A stretch of DNA of 64,000 nucleotides, taken from contig OZ374557.1 in assembly GCA_977862235.1 (NCBI GenBank), forward strand, positions 3,844,001 to 3,908,000, written 5' to 3'. How positions within the stretch are numbered: position 1 is the stretch's first letter; every line of letters begins with the position of its first letter. The stretch comes from Dudresnaya verticillata. Its lineage: Eukaryota. The notes under the pieces are model-generated. The model was not told the origin of the DNA. It ran no database searches and saw only the letters and a list, made by a program, of their open reading frames with translations. The position numbers were made by a program, and so were the translations under genes. Of this stretch, positions 53,217 to 64,000 are shown piece by piece.

Positions 53217-54542
53217 TCATGACGACTCGGTGACGTTCGACTGAATCGTTTTGCCGTCCCAGTCCACGAGGATCGGGTTGTCTGGCATGACAAACTGCTC
53301 ATCGTTTCCGCGGAACACCGGAAAGTCGGTGCTTGGCTTGTTCTTTGAGTAATGCATGCCAGCCTCTCGCCAATTTGCTGCTAGTGTTGTCCCGTCGGGT
53401 AAGTGGGGCGTCACAGTGAAGTATCCCTTCTCATCAACAAACTTGATCCACCACTGACTCCACATTGTTGGTGCAAACCCGTTTACCTCCTGGCTCTTGT
53501 ACCACTGTGTCGTCATAAGATTGTCGACATACGGTTTCTCGCCCTTGCCGCTCTTTTCTTCAAACCACTTTCTAAACTCTACCCATTGGTCCCGTTGTGG
53601 GGCAAAACCCCATGTGCCCAGGAGACGGTACTTGAACACGGGATGTTCAGAGGGTATATCCAGCGGCCCAGACGCCACACCTCTAATTTGCCGCGGGCGC
53701 AAAGTTGACCGCTGTAGTGTGAAGGCACCAACATCGGGATCTTGTGCGTATGCTGCGCGGGCGACTCGTAGCCATTGATAGAATGCAGGGGCAACCTCCA
53801 AGTCATCCTCAAGAATGACGGCAAACTCTGTTGTCTCCTGCGTGATGTTCCATGTGTAGATCCATTGCTGATATAAGCCCGCATTCGATGCGCGCTTGTG
53901 GATTGTCCTTGTGCCCTGTTTCCATTCTACTGTGCGACATTCATGGAGTACGCCTTCATGTACAGGCTTGCCGTTCGCTCTGTCAATCCAGATGTCCAAG
54001 TCGACATGGTCTTCGCCATAGTTCGCCTTGGAAAGCGAATCAAGCAGTCGCTTGAGGGAGCGGTCCCGGTCCATCGTAATCACGATCAAACGAGCGACAG
54101 GTTCTTCGTCGCTGTCAAAATTTGTAGCATGCGTGACCTCTGTGTCTGAAGGAGCGGACACAAGGCTGCTAGTTTCGTCATCTTCGGTCGCGGAAGCGCC
54201 ACGTGCCTTGAACGGTTTGCTGTCGGCGACAAGGACAGCGGGGTAGTCCAAAACGGAAAGACTGGACCTGACCGGGCGCATTGCGACGGTATTCTGTAGA
54301 GCTGTAACGTGGGCGGTTCTACCGCCGAGCGACACGAAGATGTGGACAATGCCGCTGCCCATCATGATGATGAACGATGCGAGAAATAGAAAGACGACTG
54401 CACGTGATACGAGAACATAGTTCGTGTGGTTGGCGAGCCATGTTTTTTCCTTGGATTCGCCCGCGTTCAAGATGCTCAGCATTGACTCGGAAAACTTACC
54501 CAGTCGGTGCCGCATGCCGCGGCTCGACGGTCCCATGGGCAT
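53217..54542 (-). CDS. Type II membrane GT-A-fold glycosyltransferase
   Basis: N-terminal TM anchor and stem; IVITMDRDRSLKRLLDSL, LDIWID, VILEDDLEVAP, GTWG. Confidence 0.8.
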   Translation of the reverse strand: MPMGPSSRGMRHRLGKFSESMLSILNAGESKEKTWLANHTNYVLVSRAVVFLFLASFIIMMGSGIVHIFVSLGGRTAHVTALQNTVAMRPVRSSLSVLDYPAVLVADSKPFKARGASATEDDETSSLVSAPSDTEVTHATNFDSDEEPVARLIVITMDRDRSLKRLLDSLSKANYGEDHVDLDIWIDRANGKPVHEGVLHECRTVEWKQGTRTIHKRASNAGLYQQWIYTWNITQETTEFAVILEDDLEVAPAFYQWLRVARAAYAQDPDVGAFTLQRSTLRPRQIRGVASGPLDIPSEHPVFKYRLLGTWGFAPQRDQWVEFRKWFEEKSGKGEKPYVDNLMTTQWYKSQEVNGFAPTMWSQWWIKFVDEKGYFTVTPHLPDGTTLAANWREAGMHYSKNKPSTDFPVFRGNDEQFVMPDNPILVDWDGKTIQSNVTESS

Positions 54543-55426
54543 CCTTGCTGACAAAGCTACTTCGAAGCAGTGCTGTCGTCGTGCCGACTGAAACTCAAGT
54601 CAAAGGAAAAGAATCGCTTCACTTGCTCGTCCATGCGATTTGAGCTTACAATGTCGCAATGCTTGGGCGCCTTGATAATCAACACGAGCTCTCAGACTTG
54701 ACAAGCGTGAAAGAAAGAGAAAGCGTAACAGTGCACGCTTCTCTACGGCGTTGGGTAGAACTCTCCAAACGGTTCGGGCCAAAGCCTAAGACCTGACTGT
54801 AGGATAGCCTTAATTAGAATGTCGCGAGTGCTGGTTCTTTGGTGTGGGCGCCCTTTTGTTGGGTGTTGCTCCTGTTTCAGCGCGGCGATTGAGCGAGCGA
54901 AGGCCAGCAATGTCCTGCCGACTACGTGGGGAAAAATTGCAAGGAAATAAGAAAGCTGCTCGTGTTTACTACGAGTATCGGAAAAGAGGCCCATTTTTTG
55001 AGTCGTCCGACGTCATATTTTCTCGCACAATCAGAGAGAAGTGGAGACGGCGGTTCAAGTCAAGAGTGTGTACAGGATCACTCGCGACTTGCATATGTGG
55101 GATGGTACGCCTATACCTCCCTTGCCGGAGCGCGTAGACCACAGCGAACGTTCTGAATCAATGGACATCTGCAAGGATTCTTCGATGCTCTGATGCCCGT
55201 GCTAGATCTACAGCACTGACGTAGTGTGCACAACTGCGGCATTGCTCCACAAAGCCCGGACGCTGTATTTCCCACCAACAAAGTGTTTGGATGACGCTAC
55301 CACAGATTGGTAAATGTATTGCAGTCCCAGGTTAATTCGCGAAAGACGCGACAGCGGCAGATCATCGTCAGAGCCTGAACCAGTCAGACAAACTTGCGCT
55401 CTATAAGCGTTGCCACTCGCCCACTT

Positions 55427-56335
55427 CTATAAGAAAAACAGAGACCTTCGTCTGCTCATCCATTCTAAAAACAGTAAAGCAAAAGCTAGTAACAACGCCA
55501 GACCCGCCAGCCCATACTTCATGACAGGTCCACGCTGCTTCATCTTTCGCAGCTCCCTATTCCCTCTATCAACGTAGTTAGTTGCCTCAACGGCCAAGTC
55601 GTATAGCACTTCAATTTCGCGCGCTTGTTCGAGCACCTTTGTCGCAAAGACATGATTCAGGTTTGCGATCTCAAAAATAGTTTTCTCCGCTTCTTGCACA
55701 CGCTCCCGTGTTTCCACAAGCTCATTAACGAGTGTAGCGTTCTCGCGCGCAAACTCCTGCTCTAGCAGTGCAAAGTCCTCAACGGCCTCACCACCCGCGA
55801 TAGCAGCAGCATCTCGACTGCGCTTCTCTTCCGCGAGCTCGCGCGCCACCTGAGGGTTGTACTGCACCTGGGCCTTCGACTTTTCCGCAATAGCTTGGTT
55901 GATACGGACGCCACGCAGCGCCTCAGATAGCTTGCTGACGACCTGCAAGTCCTCGTTCAGGACGACGACGACGCCGAGCTTGTGCGCGGGGAAGGACGCA
56001 CCCTTCTGGCGTTGCAGCTCGAGTACGGCGTCCTTCTTGAGCTCGTCGATCTCGGCCATAGCTGTTCGCAGGAAGTGGGCGACGGCAGCATCCACCTCAT
56101 CGCGCTCGGCGTCGTTCATGCCCCGCAGCGAGAAGTCGGCGTACTTGCGTTGGCGCTTTTGAACAAATTCGCGCATGTGACTGATGCGAGCCGTTAGCCC
56201 CATCGCTAGTTGCGTAAACTCGTGGCGGTTGCCCTCGTCGGGTTTCTTGACCAAGTTGGGGTCACTCTTCGAAACGCCGTGGTGCGCTGCCAGTGCGGCG
56301 AGGAACTCGTCTGTGCGTTCCACTGGGCCGACCAT
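55427..56335 (-). CDS. STX18: Syntaxin-18/SYP81/Ufe1-like Qa-SNARE
   Basis: ERTDEF N-terminus, MNDAERDEVD, HKLGVV..L, SNARE motif EIANL..VLEQ..IE.L..GNREL, C-terminal TM LLFLEW. Confidence 0.88.
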   Translation of the reverse strand: MVGPVERTDEFLAALAAHHGVSKSDPNLVKKPDEGNRHEFTQLAMGLTARISHMREFVQKRQRKYADFSLRGMNDAERDEVDAAVAHFLRTAMAEIDELKKDAVLELQRQKGASFPAHKLGVVVVLNEDLQVVSKLSEALRGVRINQAIAEKSKAQVQYNPQVARELAEEKRSRDAAAIAGGEAVEDFALLEQEFARENATLVNELVETRERVQEAEKTIFEIANLNHVFATKVLEQAREIEVLYDLAVEATNYVDRGNRELRKMKQRGPVMKYGLAGLALLLAFALLFLEWMSRRRSLFFL

Positions 56336-57192
56336 GATGGGTGCTTCGGACTTCGAACGTTATTTATCTGCTTGGCTACCCCAGAGGGCTTGTACGCAAC
56401 CACGTAGCAGAGCTCGAGTTTTTCGCCCAAAGTTGTCAACTTGGGCGCTTTTGATAGAATCAAGACTTCATGACATCGTCAGGCGTCCTCGATGAAAGCT
56501 TGGTTCCACGTCGTTCTTTTCTCTTTTCTGCAGGCGAGAGCTAGAGAAGCGAAAGGAACCGCGTTGTTCAATGCTTGTCGAATGACCAGCGTTGAGGTTG
56601 CTGGAAGGGAATACGTTTGTGACGACTTCGGGCCGTAGATGCAACCGCGGCCTTGGCCTGACTCTGAAGCGGATTTGCTCCACGTATTTTTGTTTTCACG
56701 AAATTCAGGAAAAATGCAGAGGAGCAAAGAGGTACTAGGACTTCACTTGTTGAGACAGAACCTGCAAAGGAGAGCCTTCAGAGGCTTGTTCTGACAAGGC
56801 GTGCGACTCCTGTGACCGGCCCTCAATTGACAGCGGCAGGAACTACCGAGAGCAGCAGCCTCTCTCCAGATGTCTTGCCCAGCCACAGATTACCATCTCG
56901 CCGTCACGAAGCACACAGTACAGTGATATAACATGTTACCCTTGCGAACACAAACAGAATAAACAGTTTACAAGAGTACACCGTACCATCACCAACAGTT
57001 ACCGTGCGTCACTCTGCAAAGAGCTTGCTGTGGCTTGGGACAGAGGTTTATCAACTTAACGTACGGCTTATGGTCCTTCGAGGCATGTTCAGTCCCTGAA
57101 CTTCAGTGTCGATCTCAGCTTGGCTTACAACAAACGCATCATTGAAACTAGAATTGTTTAGTGGGGGTTTCCTCTTCTTTACATACATAGTT

Positions 57193-58194
57193 TTAGACAC
57201 TGTTAGCAACTAAAGACCCGAGGTCGGCAGCAGACGATGATCTTGAATGTGGCGGTACAGGCAAGAGCAATGATAGAGCGACACCAGAGGCAAGAGTGAG
57301 AACAACTACAGCGAGCGAGAAGGCGACACCAAAGTCATACCCGATACAACCGGCGATCATCTTCACGCCGATAAAGACGAGTACGATAGAGAGCGACTGT
57401 TTCAAAAATCGAAGGTTTCCGATAGATGCCGCCAATACGAAGAACAGCGACCGCAAACCCATTATAGCCAGAATGTTGCTAACGTAGATGACAAAAGTAT
57501 CGCTCGACAGGCCTAGAACAGCCGGAACTGAGTCCAACGCGAATACGACGTCAGACAACTCAATGGCGACCAGGACGACCATGAGCGGTGTGGCCAGGAG
57601 ACGATTGTCTTCCTGCACGAAGAAGCGGTCGCCTGAGTACCGGTCCGCGACAGGGAGCACCGATTTTGAGAATCGAATGACGCGGTTGCTGTCAAGGTCA
57701 GACTCATCGTCCTCATCCTCTAGCAGTAGCTTGCCGGCCGAGTAGATGAGAAGCACTGCGAATATTACGGCAACCCACTCGAAGCGCTGGACAAGAGCCT
57801 TGCCGCACACGATCATGAGCCCGCGCAGGACCATCGCTCCAAGAATGCCCCAGAACAGGACTGACTCCTGGGCGTCCCGTGGGACCTTGAAATACTTGAA
57901 AATGAGCAGGAAGACGAAGAGGTTATCGACGGAGAGGCTGTACTCGACAATGTAGCCGGTGACAAACTCCATGCCTGCGCGGGTGCCGCGCACGCAGGCA
58001 AAGGCAACTGCGACGACAGCGGCGACGGAAATCCATGCGATGGTTCTGACGGCATGGCCACGGGGGCCTGCGTAGCGCGCAGCGCGGTGCTTGGCCGGCG
58101 CGGGCGGGGCAGAGGAGGCCTTGGCGAGCTTGGTGTCGGAGAGGTCAGCGCGCAGCGACGGCAGCGGCGGCGGTGGCGGGCGCAGCTGCAGCAT
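57193..58194 (-). CDS. terC: TerC/Alx-family integral membrane protein
   Basis: GYIVEYSLSVDNLFVF, WGILGAMVLRG, ATPL..IELSDVVFALDSVPA, SNILAIMGLRSL. Start uncertain. Confidence 0.92.
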   Translation of the reverse strand: MLQLRPPPPPLPSLRADLSDTKLAKASSAPPAPAKHRAARYAGPRGHAVRTIAWISVAAVVAVAFACVRGTRAGMEFVTGYIVEYSLSVDNLFVFLLIFKYFKVPRDAQESVLFWGILGAMVLRGLMIVCGKALVQRFEWVAVIFAVLLIYSAGKLLLEDEDDESDLDSNRVIRFSKSVLPVADRYSGDRFFVQEDNRLLATPLMVVLVAIELSDVVFALDSVPAVLGLSSDTFVIYVSNILAIMGLRSLFFVLAASIGNLRFLKQSLSIVLVFIGVKMIAGCIGYDFGVAFSLAVVVLTLASGVALSLLLPVPPHSRSSSAADLGSLVANSV

Positions 58195-58720
58195 GGTGGC
58201 GCGCGACGCGGCGTAGCGGCAAACCCGCCGCGCATGGACAGGCGAGCGAGGCGCTTGGGGGCGCCGCGGGCCGCTGATGGGGCTCCGCTTGTGTGAGGAA
58301 TAGGGTTCGCCTCGTGTTCGGTGCTCCGCGCGGTTCGCACGCCCGGACGGGTCCTCATGCGCCGCAATTGGCATAAGATAGTTGCGTCTGGGGCCTGCGG
58401 CCTCCCGTCCGCCCACGGCTTACATCGCCAGCAGTTTGCCCCGCGGCGCTGCTGCTATTGCAGTCCCATTTTCAATTGCAATTGCGCCGCTGCCAATGTA
58501 ATTGGCCGCGCAGGACACGTGACCACTTGTCCCTGTCTGGTTGGCCGTTTTCGGGATCCACGTCAGCCTGCGCTCCTCCTCTCGCGCCTCCAATCACACC
58601 TGAACCGGTCGATCTCCGTCTCAAGCGGCACCGCTCCGGATGTACACCCGTCTCCCCGCCGCATCTCCGCGAGCAAGACGCCTTTGCTGTTCAGATCCTT
58701 GCCGCCGCCCCGCCGCCGCC

Positions 58721-60985
58721 ATGCCGCTTCGCGATGCTGCCTTCCTGTCCGCCGCGCCTGCCGTGCGGCCAAGTCCGCCGAACCTGACCACGTCGTGTTT
58801 TACACATGACGCACCGCTGCGCTTCTGCCGCGCGCGAGCGCGCCGCCGCGCATCGTCGCACTGCGCAATGGTCGCCGACGCGGAGGCGCGCGCCGCCGCT
58901 GCCATGGAAGCGGAGGAACGCAGTGCCGCTTCGACTGCGTCCCCTGCTGTCGCCGAGCAGGACGCGTCGCGCGCCTTCCCGCTGGCCGGTGTCGTGGGCC
59001 AGGACTACGTCAAGCTCGCCCTCCTGCTCTCCGCGTGCAACTCGCGTATCGGGGGCGTTGGCATCTCCGGCCGCCGCGGCACCGCCAAGAGCGTCATGGC
59101 ACGCGCCATTCACTCGCTACTCCCACCGATCGAAGTCGTCACAGGCAGCTATTTCAATGAGGAGCCGCCCCAGCAGACCGATCAGTCAGATCAAGATGAC
59201 GATCCCACGCGAACAGTCATCCCAGCCCCGTTTGTCCAGGTCCCGCTGAACGTTACCGAGGACAGGCTTATTGGATCGGTTGATGTTGAGGCATCAGTTA
59301 AAGAAGGCACTACTGTCTTCCAGCCAGGCATACTTGCTCGCGCGCATCGTGGTGTGCTATACATCGACGAACTCAATTTGCTGGATGATGGTTTGGCCAA
59401 CATTTTGCTTGAGGTCATCTCAAGCGGCGTTGTCCGTGTCGAGCGCGAAGGTCTGTCCGTCGCGCACCCGTGCCGCCCACTCGTCATTGCTACGTACAAT
59501 CCAGAAGAGGGAGAAATCCGCCCGCATCTCCTAGACCGTCTTGCCATTAACCTCTCGGTTGACGCCGTCCCGCTCACCATGGAACAGCGCATTGAGGCTG
59601 TCGAGTCAGCTACAGAGTACAGCAATAGCCCAGTCGATTTTATCTCCACTCTGGCAAGCGAGACGGATCAGATGGCCACTAGCATAGTCCTTGCGCGCGA
59701 GTACATCAAGGAGGTCTCCATCTCAGATGAGCAGGTCGCCTACCTGGTCACTGAGGCTGCCCGCGCTGCATCCCAGGGCCACCGTGCGGAGCTGTTTGCA
59801 ATGGAAGTTGCGAAGGCGAGCGCGGCGCTGGAAGGGAGGGATAGGGTCAGCCCGGATGACCTCCGCACTGGAGTTCGGCTCGCCATTTTGCCGCGGTCCC
59901 TCGTGATGAACCAGGACATGGACATGGACCAGGAGATGGACGGACCACCGCCGCCACCGCCACCGCCGCAGGCGCAGGACGAGGAGGACATGCAGGACGA
60001 AGATGACCCAGAAGATGAATCGGAGGAGGAACCAGAGACAGAGGAGGACCAGGAGGTGGAGGACGTTCCCGAGGTCCCAGAAGAGTTCATGTTTGACCCT
60101 GAGGGGGTTGTCATGGATCCGGAATTGCTTGAATTCAGCAAGTCGCAAAAGCAGGGCAAGGCCGGCGGACGGGGGCTGGTGTTTTCGCAGGACCGCGGCC
60201 GCTACATTAAGGCTATGTTGCCAAAGGGCGGTACGCAACGTCTTGCCGTTGACGCCACTCTTCGGGCATCAGCACCTTTCCAAAAAGCTCGGCGAGCTCG
60301 CGCAGGTCCAGACTCAAAACGAAAGGTGTTTGTGGAAGAATCGGACATGCGGATTAAGCGGCTCGCAAGAAAGGCTGGTGCGCTTGTCGTGTTCCTAGTC
60401 GATGCCAGTGGGTCCATGGCTCTGAACCGGATGAACGCGGCGAAGGGAGCAGCGATTCGGTTGCTTACAGAAGCTTATCAGACAAGGGATAGGGTCTCAC
60501 TGATTCCATTCCAGGGCAATCGAGCGGAGGTTGTGCTCCCACCAACGAAGAGTGTTACTATGGCGAAGAAACGATTGGAAACAATGCCGTGTGGTGGTGG
60601 GTCTCCTCTAGCTCATGGACTGATGCAGGCCGTTCGAACTGGCATCAACGCGCAGAAGAGCGGGGACGTCGGGAAGGTGATTATTATCTGCATCTCAGAC
60701 GGGCGGGCAAATGTACCGCTTGCAGTGAGTGAAGGAGAGGTGCTCGAGGAAAAAATGAGTAAGGCAGACTTGAAACAGGAGACCCTGAACATCTCAAAGC
60801 AAATTGGTTCGCTGGCTGGAATCGAGCTTCTGTGCATCGACACAGAGAACAAATTTGTTAGTACTGGGGTAGCCAAGGAAATTGCAACGTCTGCCGGAGG
60901 GACCTATCATTCACTGCCGAAGGCAACAGATGCGTCAGTTGCAAATGTCGCAGGTTCGGCTATTGAAGCTATCCGGGCGTCATAG
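58721..60985 (+). CDS. chlD: Magnesium chelatase subunit D
   Basis: [26 protein letters not shown], poly-Pro/acidic linker, vWA domain [26 protein letters not shown]. Confidence 0.97.
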   Translation: MPLRDAAFLSAAPAVRPSPPNLTTSCFTHDAPLRFCRARARRRASSHCAMVADAEARAAAAMEAEERSAASTASPAVAEQDASRAFPLAGVVGQDYVKLALLLSACNSRIGGVGISGRRGTAKSVMARAIHSLLPPIEVVTGSYFNEEPPQQTDQSDQDDDPTRTVIPAPFVQVPLNVTEDRLIGSVDVEASVKEGTTVFQPGILARAHRGVLYIDELNLLDDGLANILLEVISSGVVRVEREGLSVAHPCRPLVIATYNPEEGEIRPHLLDRLAINLSVDAVPLTMEQRIEAVESATEYSNSPVDFISTLASETDQMATSIVLAREYIKEVSISDEQVAYLVTEAARAASQGHRAELFAMEVAKASAALEGRDRVSPDDLRTGVRLAILPRSLVMNQDMDMDQEMDGPPPPPPPPQAQDEEDMQDEDDPEDESEEEPETEEDQEVEDVPEVPEEFMFDPEGVVMDPELLEFSKSQKQGKAGGRGLVFSQDRGRYIKAMLPKGGTQRLAVDATLRASAPFQKARRARAGPDSKRKVFVEESDMRIKRLARKAGALVVFLVDASGSMALNRMNAAKGAAIRLLTEAYQTRDRVSLIPFQGNRAEVVLPPTKSVTMAKKRLETMPCGGGSPLAHGLMQAVRTGINAQKSGDVGKVIIICISDGRANVPLAVSEGEVLEEKMSKADLKQETLNISKQIGSLAGIELLCIDTENKFVSTGVAKEIATSAGGTYHSLPKATDASVANVAGSAIEAIRAS

Positions 60986-62011
60986 TCTGGTCTTTCTGTA
61001 ACGCGGTGGAGGGAAGCCACGGTGGGTGGAAGGTAAACGGCCTAAACATATGGCGGGACAAAAGGTTCTTTTTCCACAGAACCCGCTTGCATGAGGTAAC
61101 CCGATGGTATCGCAACAGTTGTCTCCTTCCCTCCCGTTTCCTCGTGGCCAACGCCGTCCAGAGCATTTCAGCGAAGCGTACAGCCCGCGTACAGCGATGA
61201 CGTACTATAGGGTGGGACTCAGCGCGCCATATTTCAGGGCCAGCTTGCAAATCTGTAGTTCGTCCCACCAACGAGCTGGGTCGAACGTGTAGTCGCGGCC
61301 TTCCACACCCACAGAGGCCGTGCAAACCAACAGCATGCCTGTCCCACCTTCCGCAAAGCCCTTCAACATCCAAGACAAACACCTCTCGCTGGGCTCGTCA
61401 TCATTCTCAATCGGCCCGCGCACTAGCCCCACGCTTCGGAATGGGTCCCGCCGCACCAATCACATGATTCAATAGAATGCTGCTGTCATTCTCGTGTCGA
61501 ATCTCGCCAATTCACGTGTCTATCCGCATCCACAAACCATCGCGTCATTCTGGAAGGCCCAACCGGCTTCTTCTCGTCCTGGGCCGAAGTCTAAGCGGCT
61601 TGCGTGAGAACAAAGTCTTTCTTCACCCGCACTGCCGTCTAAGCTGCTCAGATACATGGGCAAAAGTCCTACCGGCGATAGTGAGGTTATTTGCAACGAT
61701 GTATCTGGACAACTGTCGCGTCGACAGAAGTGAGCCGCTCCAGACGGTTATGCCCCGCTCAGGACGGGCTTTACACCTGGAGAATCCAGTGAACAATTGA
61801 AGGAGGGGCAGAGCATGCTTTTACGTAAAAGCCTCTTGGCGACCAGGTGCTTCCATTGTTAATGGAGTCTTGCTGCTTCACCGGTCTCTCATCCTCTCCT
61901 TTGTCTCTCTTCATCGACTCCTCTAAGGCTGTATATAGTAACTCTTCATCACTGCAGACTTCCGAGCCGCCACACCTCATACCACCCAAATTCCGCAAGG
62001 AAACTGCCAAG

Positions 62012-62386
62012 ATGACTACGCGTGACGTTCCTCCGTCAAACGACAAAGCTGCAATGGAAGACGGCAAGACATCACAGCCAAGCAAGGAGGTCACACCGCC
62101 GAAGCGCCTATCGCTTTGGGAGGGCCCAGGGCCAGGGGCAGAGTTTGACTTGCTCTCTGATGCCAAAATGAACGGAGTGGACGAGCCGGACTCGCCACAA
62201 GTGGAGATGAGTGCTCCCTCGCCTCGAAAGGGAGTGCGGTTCGGGGAACAGACGGACGACAGTGGTTGTGTGCAACCAGTGATGGAGCGACGCGGCTCGG
62301 TACCGCGGGTGCCGACTCCACACCCTAGGGAATTTGCTGAACTGGTTATGCAGAACCAGGAGCCCGAATCAACTAATGGGCAGTGA
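62012..62386 (+). CDS. Small disordered protein with RVxF-like motif
   Basis: 124 aa from ATG 62012, TATA-like TATATA near 61932; contains RKGVRF, RRGS and VPTP. Confidence 0.55.
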   Translation: MTTRDVPPSNDKAAMEDGKTSQPSKEVTPPKRLSLWEGPGPGAEFDLLSDAKMNGVDEPDSPQVEMSAPSPRKGVRFGEQTDDSGCVQPVMERRGSVPRVPTPHPREFAELVMQNQEPESTNGQ

Positions 62387-62411
62387 GAGTGAGACTGGCG
62401 CTGCGGCTCTG

Positions 62412-63120
62412 CTACTTGTGGTATTTGGAGTTGGAGCGGATCTCAGTTGAACGGTATAGCTGCTCATACAAGAAGAGACGAACCTTTTCCGGACAGGTTC
62501 GTAGTGTATTCGTATTTGTAACCAAGAAAACGTTTCGCATTTGTGCGTCGTGAATGTATATTGTAAAGTAGGATTGTTAGCTTCCAAGAGAGACTGAAGG
62601 AGGACCATCTGCGCACAGCGCCGAAGAAGCAGATACTTACCATTTTATGAGTTAACGTCAACGGCCCAAGGCTCATTGTGGATACAGAGTGCCTCGTCTT
62701 CACCATCCCACGGACCTCTTCTGGAAACCCCTCGGCACCGCCGATGACGAACGCCATCCGCGAGCCACCGTCCTCCAGCTTGCGGTACAAAAGTTCAGAA
62801 AAATGGGAGCTATCCCTCGGCATAGGGCCAGTATTATCTAGCAGAACGACCTGTGCTCGGTCGGCGGCTTCTCGTACGGCATCCACGGCACGGTTCGGGT
62901 GCACCCAGCGCGACGCAACGGTCATGACTGGAGACATGCGCTTCTCATACTCGGCTATGGAATCGTCAAACATGCCGCGCCTCCCCGTCCGCTTACATAG
63001 CGTCAGTACATCGACCTGTAGCTTTGCTTTCGGGCGCGGTCGCCTTGTGGCTAGCGCACGGTGCTTTGTGGCCGTGAGGCCTCGTGGGAGAATGGTCGGT
63101 GCGAGGAAGGTGAGCTTCAT
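62412..63120 (-). CDS. rlmH: RlmH-family SPOUT rRNA methyltransferase, organelle-targeted; join(62641..63120,62412..62483)
   Basis: VVLLD..G, FVIGGAEGF, SLGPLTLTHKM, then a 157-nt GTAAGT..AAG intron, then VRLFLYEQLYRSTEIRSNSKYHK*. Confidence 0.9.
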
Positions 63121-63487
63121 GGCTTGTCAGTAGCTGCGTCGTTGTTGATGTCGGTGAGGAAAACGTCAAGACGGCGCAAAAGGACACCACGCGATCCCTT
63201 TTTACGGAGCGGTAGCTTGTATCTTAGATCGGGTGTTTCTGCGCCAGTGCTGGGCGACCACCTACCTGTTCCGATGAAGAATTGGATGCCAAAACGTGGC
63301 TCCCAATTTTACGGAAAAGCAAGCTTCGATTGTGGCGGCAACATTGCGCGATCTCTCTCAAGCAGTCTATCAGCACGGTCGAGAGCCTCTGCATCATTGC
63401 CTGCGCAACCTGAATCATGCGCGCCCGGCCCTCCCGAGCCAGTCATCCACCTCCCCCCCGGTACTCCAAGGCACACGCGCAGACGTA

Positions 63488-64000
63488 ATGGAGACAGGCG
63501 GGCCCGTGCCTCCAGAATGGGCATTATCAGTGAGCGAGGTTCTCCTTGGCAGCGCTGAGATCCAGGCTCGAGTGACAGCATTGGGTGCGACTCTGGCGAA
63601 GGAATATGCCGCATTGAACCCGGTCCTGATCGTCGTGTTGAAGGGCTCTTTCATGTTTGCAGCAGACCTATCTCGCGCACTCCCATTCCCACATGAGATT
63701 GAGTTCATCCGTGCATCGAGCTACGCCGGGACAGAGAGCACAGGCAATGTGCGCGTGCGTGGGTTGAAGAATGTCGACCTTACTAAACGCCATGTTTTGA
63801 TCATCGAGGACATTGTCGATACTGGACTTACCCTCAAGGAGCTTTTCAAGGCTTTTCAGGGTATGGGAGCTGCTACTGTTAAATGCTGCTCGTTTTTGGA
63901 GAAGGAGACCGTGCGCAGGCAGGACGACGTTCCCAAGATTGATTACATCGCGTTCAGGATCCCGGACAAGTTTGTCATTGGCTACGGTCTCGACCTTGAC
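63488..64000 (+). CDS. hpt: Hypoxanthine phosphoribosyltransferase (3' end beyond the window)
   Basis: Own translation from ATG 63488: VLKGSFMFAADL, ASSYAG, VLIIEDIVDTGLTL, FVIGYGLD. Confidence 0.95.
   Translation, partial: METGGPVPPEWALSVSEVLLGSAEIQARVTALGATLAKEYAALNPVLIVVLKGSFMFAADLSRALPFPHEIEFIRASSYAGTESTGNVRVRGLKNVDLTKRHVLIIEDIVDTGLTLKELFKAFQGMGAATVKCCSFLEKETVRRQDDVPKIDYIAFRIPDKFVIGYGLDLD

Noticed and set aside
60969..61459. Small minus-strand gene downstream of chlD
   Set aside because: Protein-like fragments exist, but I could not build a consistent start, splice and stop model or recognise a family.
51815..64000. Bacterial contamination or operon (hemE, terC, chlD, rlmH, hpt)
   Set aside because: Genes have transit-peptide-like leaders, a spliceosomal intron and mixed orientation, and are interleaved with eukaryote-specific genes such as syntaxin.

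Overview
Eukaryotic nuclear DNA, most likely from a florideophyte red alga. The evidence is compact, almost intron-free genes, short GT-AG introns, Ala/Pro/Arg/Ser-rich N-terminal extensions on plastid proteins (UROD, ChlD, TerC, RlmH, Lin0512-family), and a secreted GH16 of the porphyranase/agarase/carrageenase type. The first 16 kb is transposon DNA. (i) The 3' half of a Ty3/Gypsy chromodomain LTR retrotransposon: disrupted pol, a ~750-aa antisense accessory ORF with SUMO-site and SIM motifs, a PPT, and a 3' LTR carrying seven phased CACGTG boxes. (ii) A complete 7,958-bp Mutator-like element (9-bp TSD ACTGTATTG, long TIRs) carrying a DDE/SWIM transposase, a Ulp1-type SUMO protease and a decayed convergent third ORF. 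From 16 to 19.5 kb the DNA is AT-richer and decayed, with one long hairpin. From 19.5 to 35 kb, very GC-rich low-complexity spacers surround bHLH-ZIP, RanBP1 and HAD-like genes. From 35 to 64 kb the region is gene-dense: Ski2 (motif II DEVQ), GH16, a divergent pair of membrane-anchored HET/TIR-like paralogues (one pseudogenised), Lin0512-family, EF-hand/GRAM/PRT_C protein, GPAT9, a stand-alone allophanate-hydrolase C-domain, UROD, a glycosyltransferase, syntaxin-18, TerC, ChlD, a small RVxF protein, RlmH and HPRT (truncated by the window end). All family calls come from motif recognition by eye; no database search was run.
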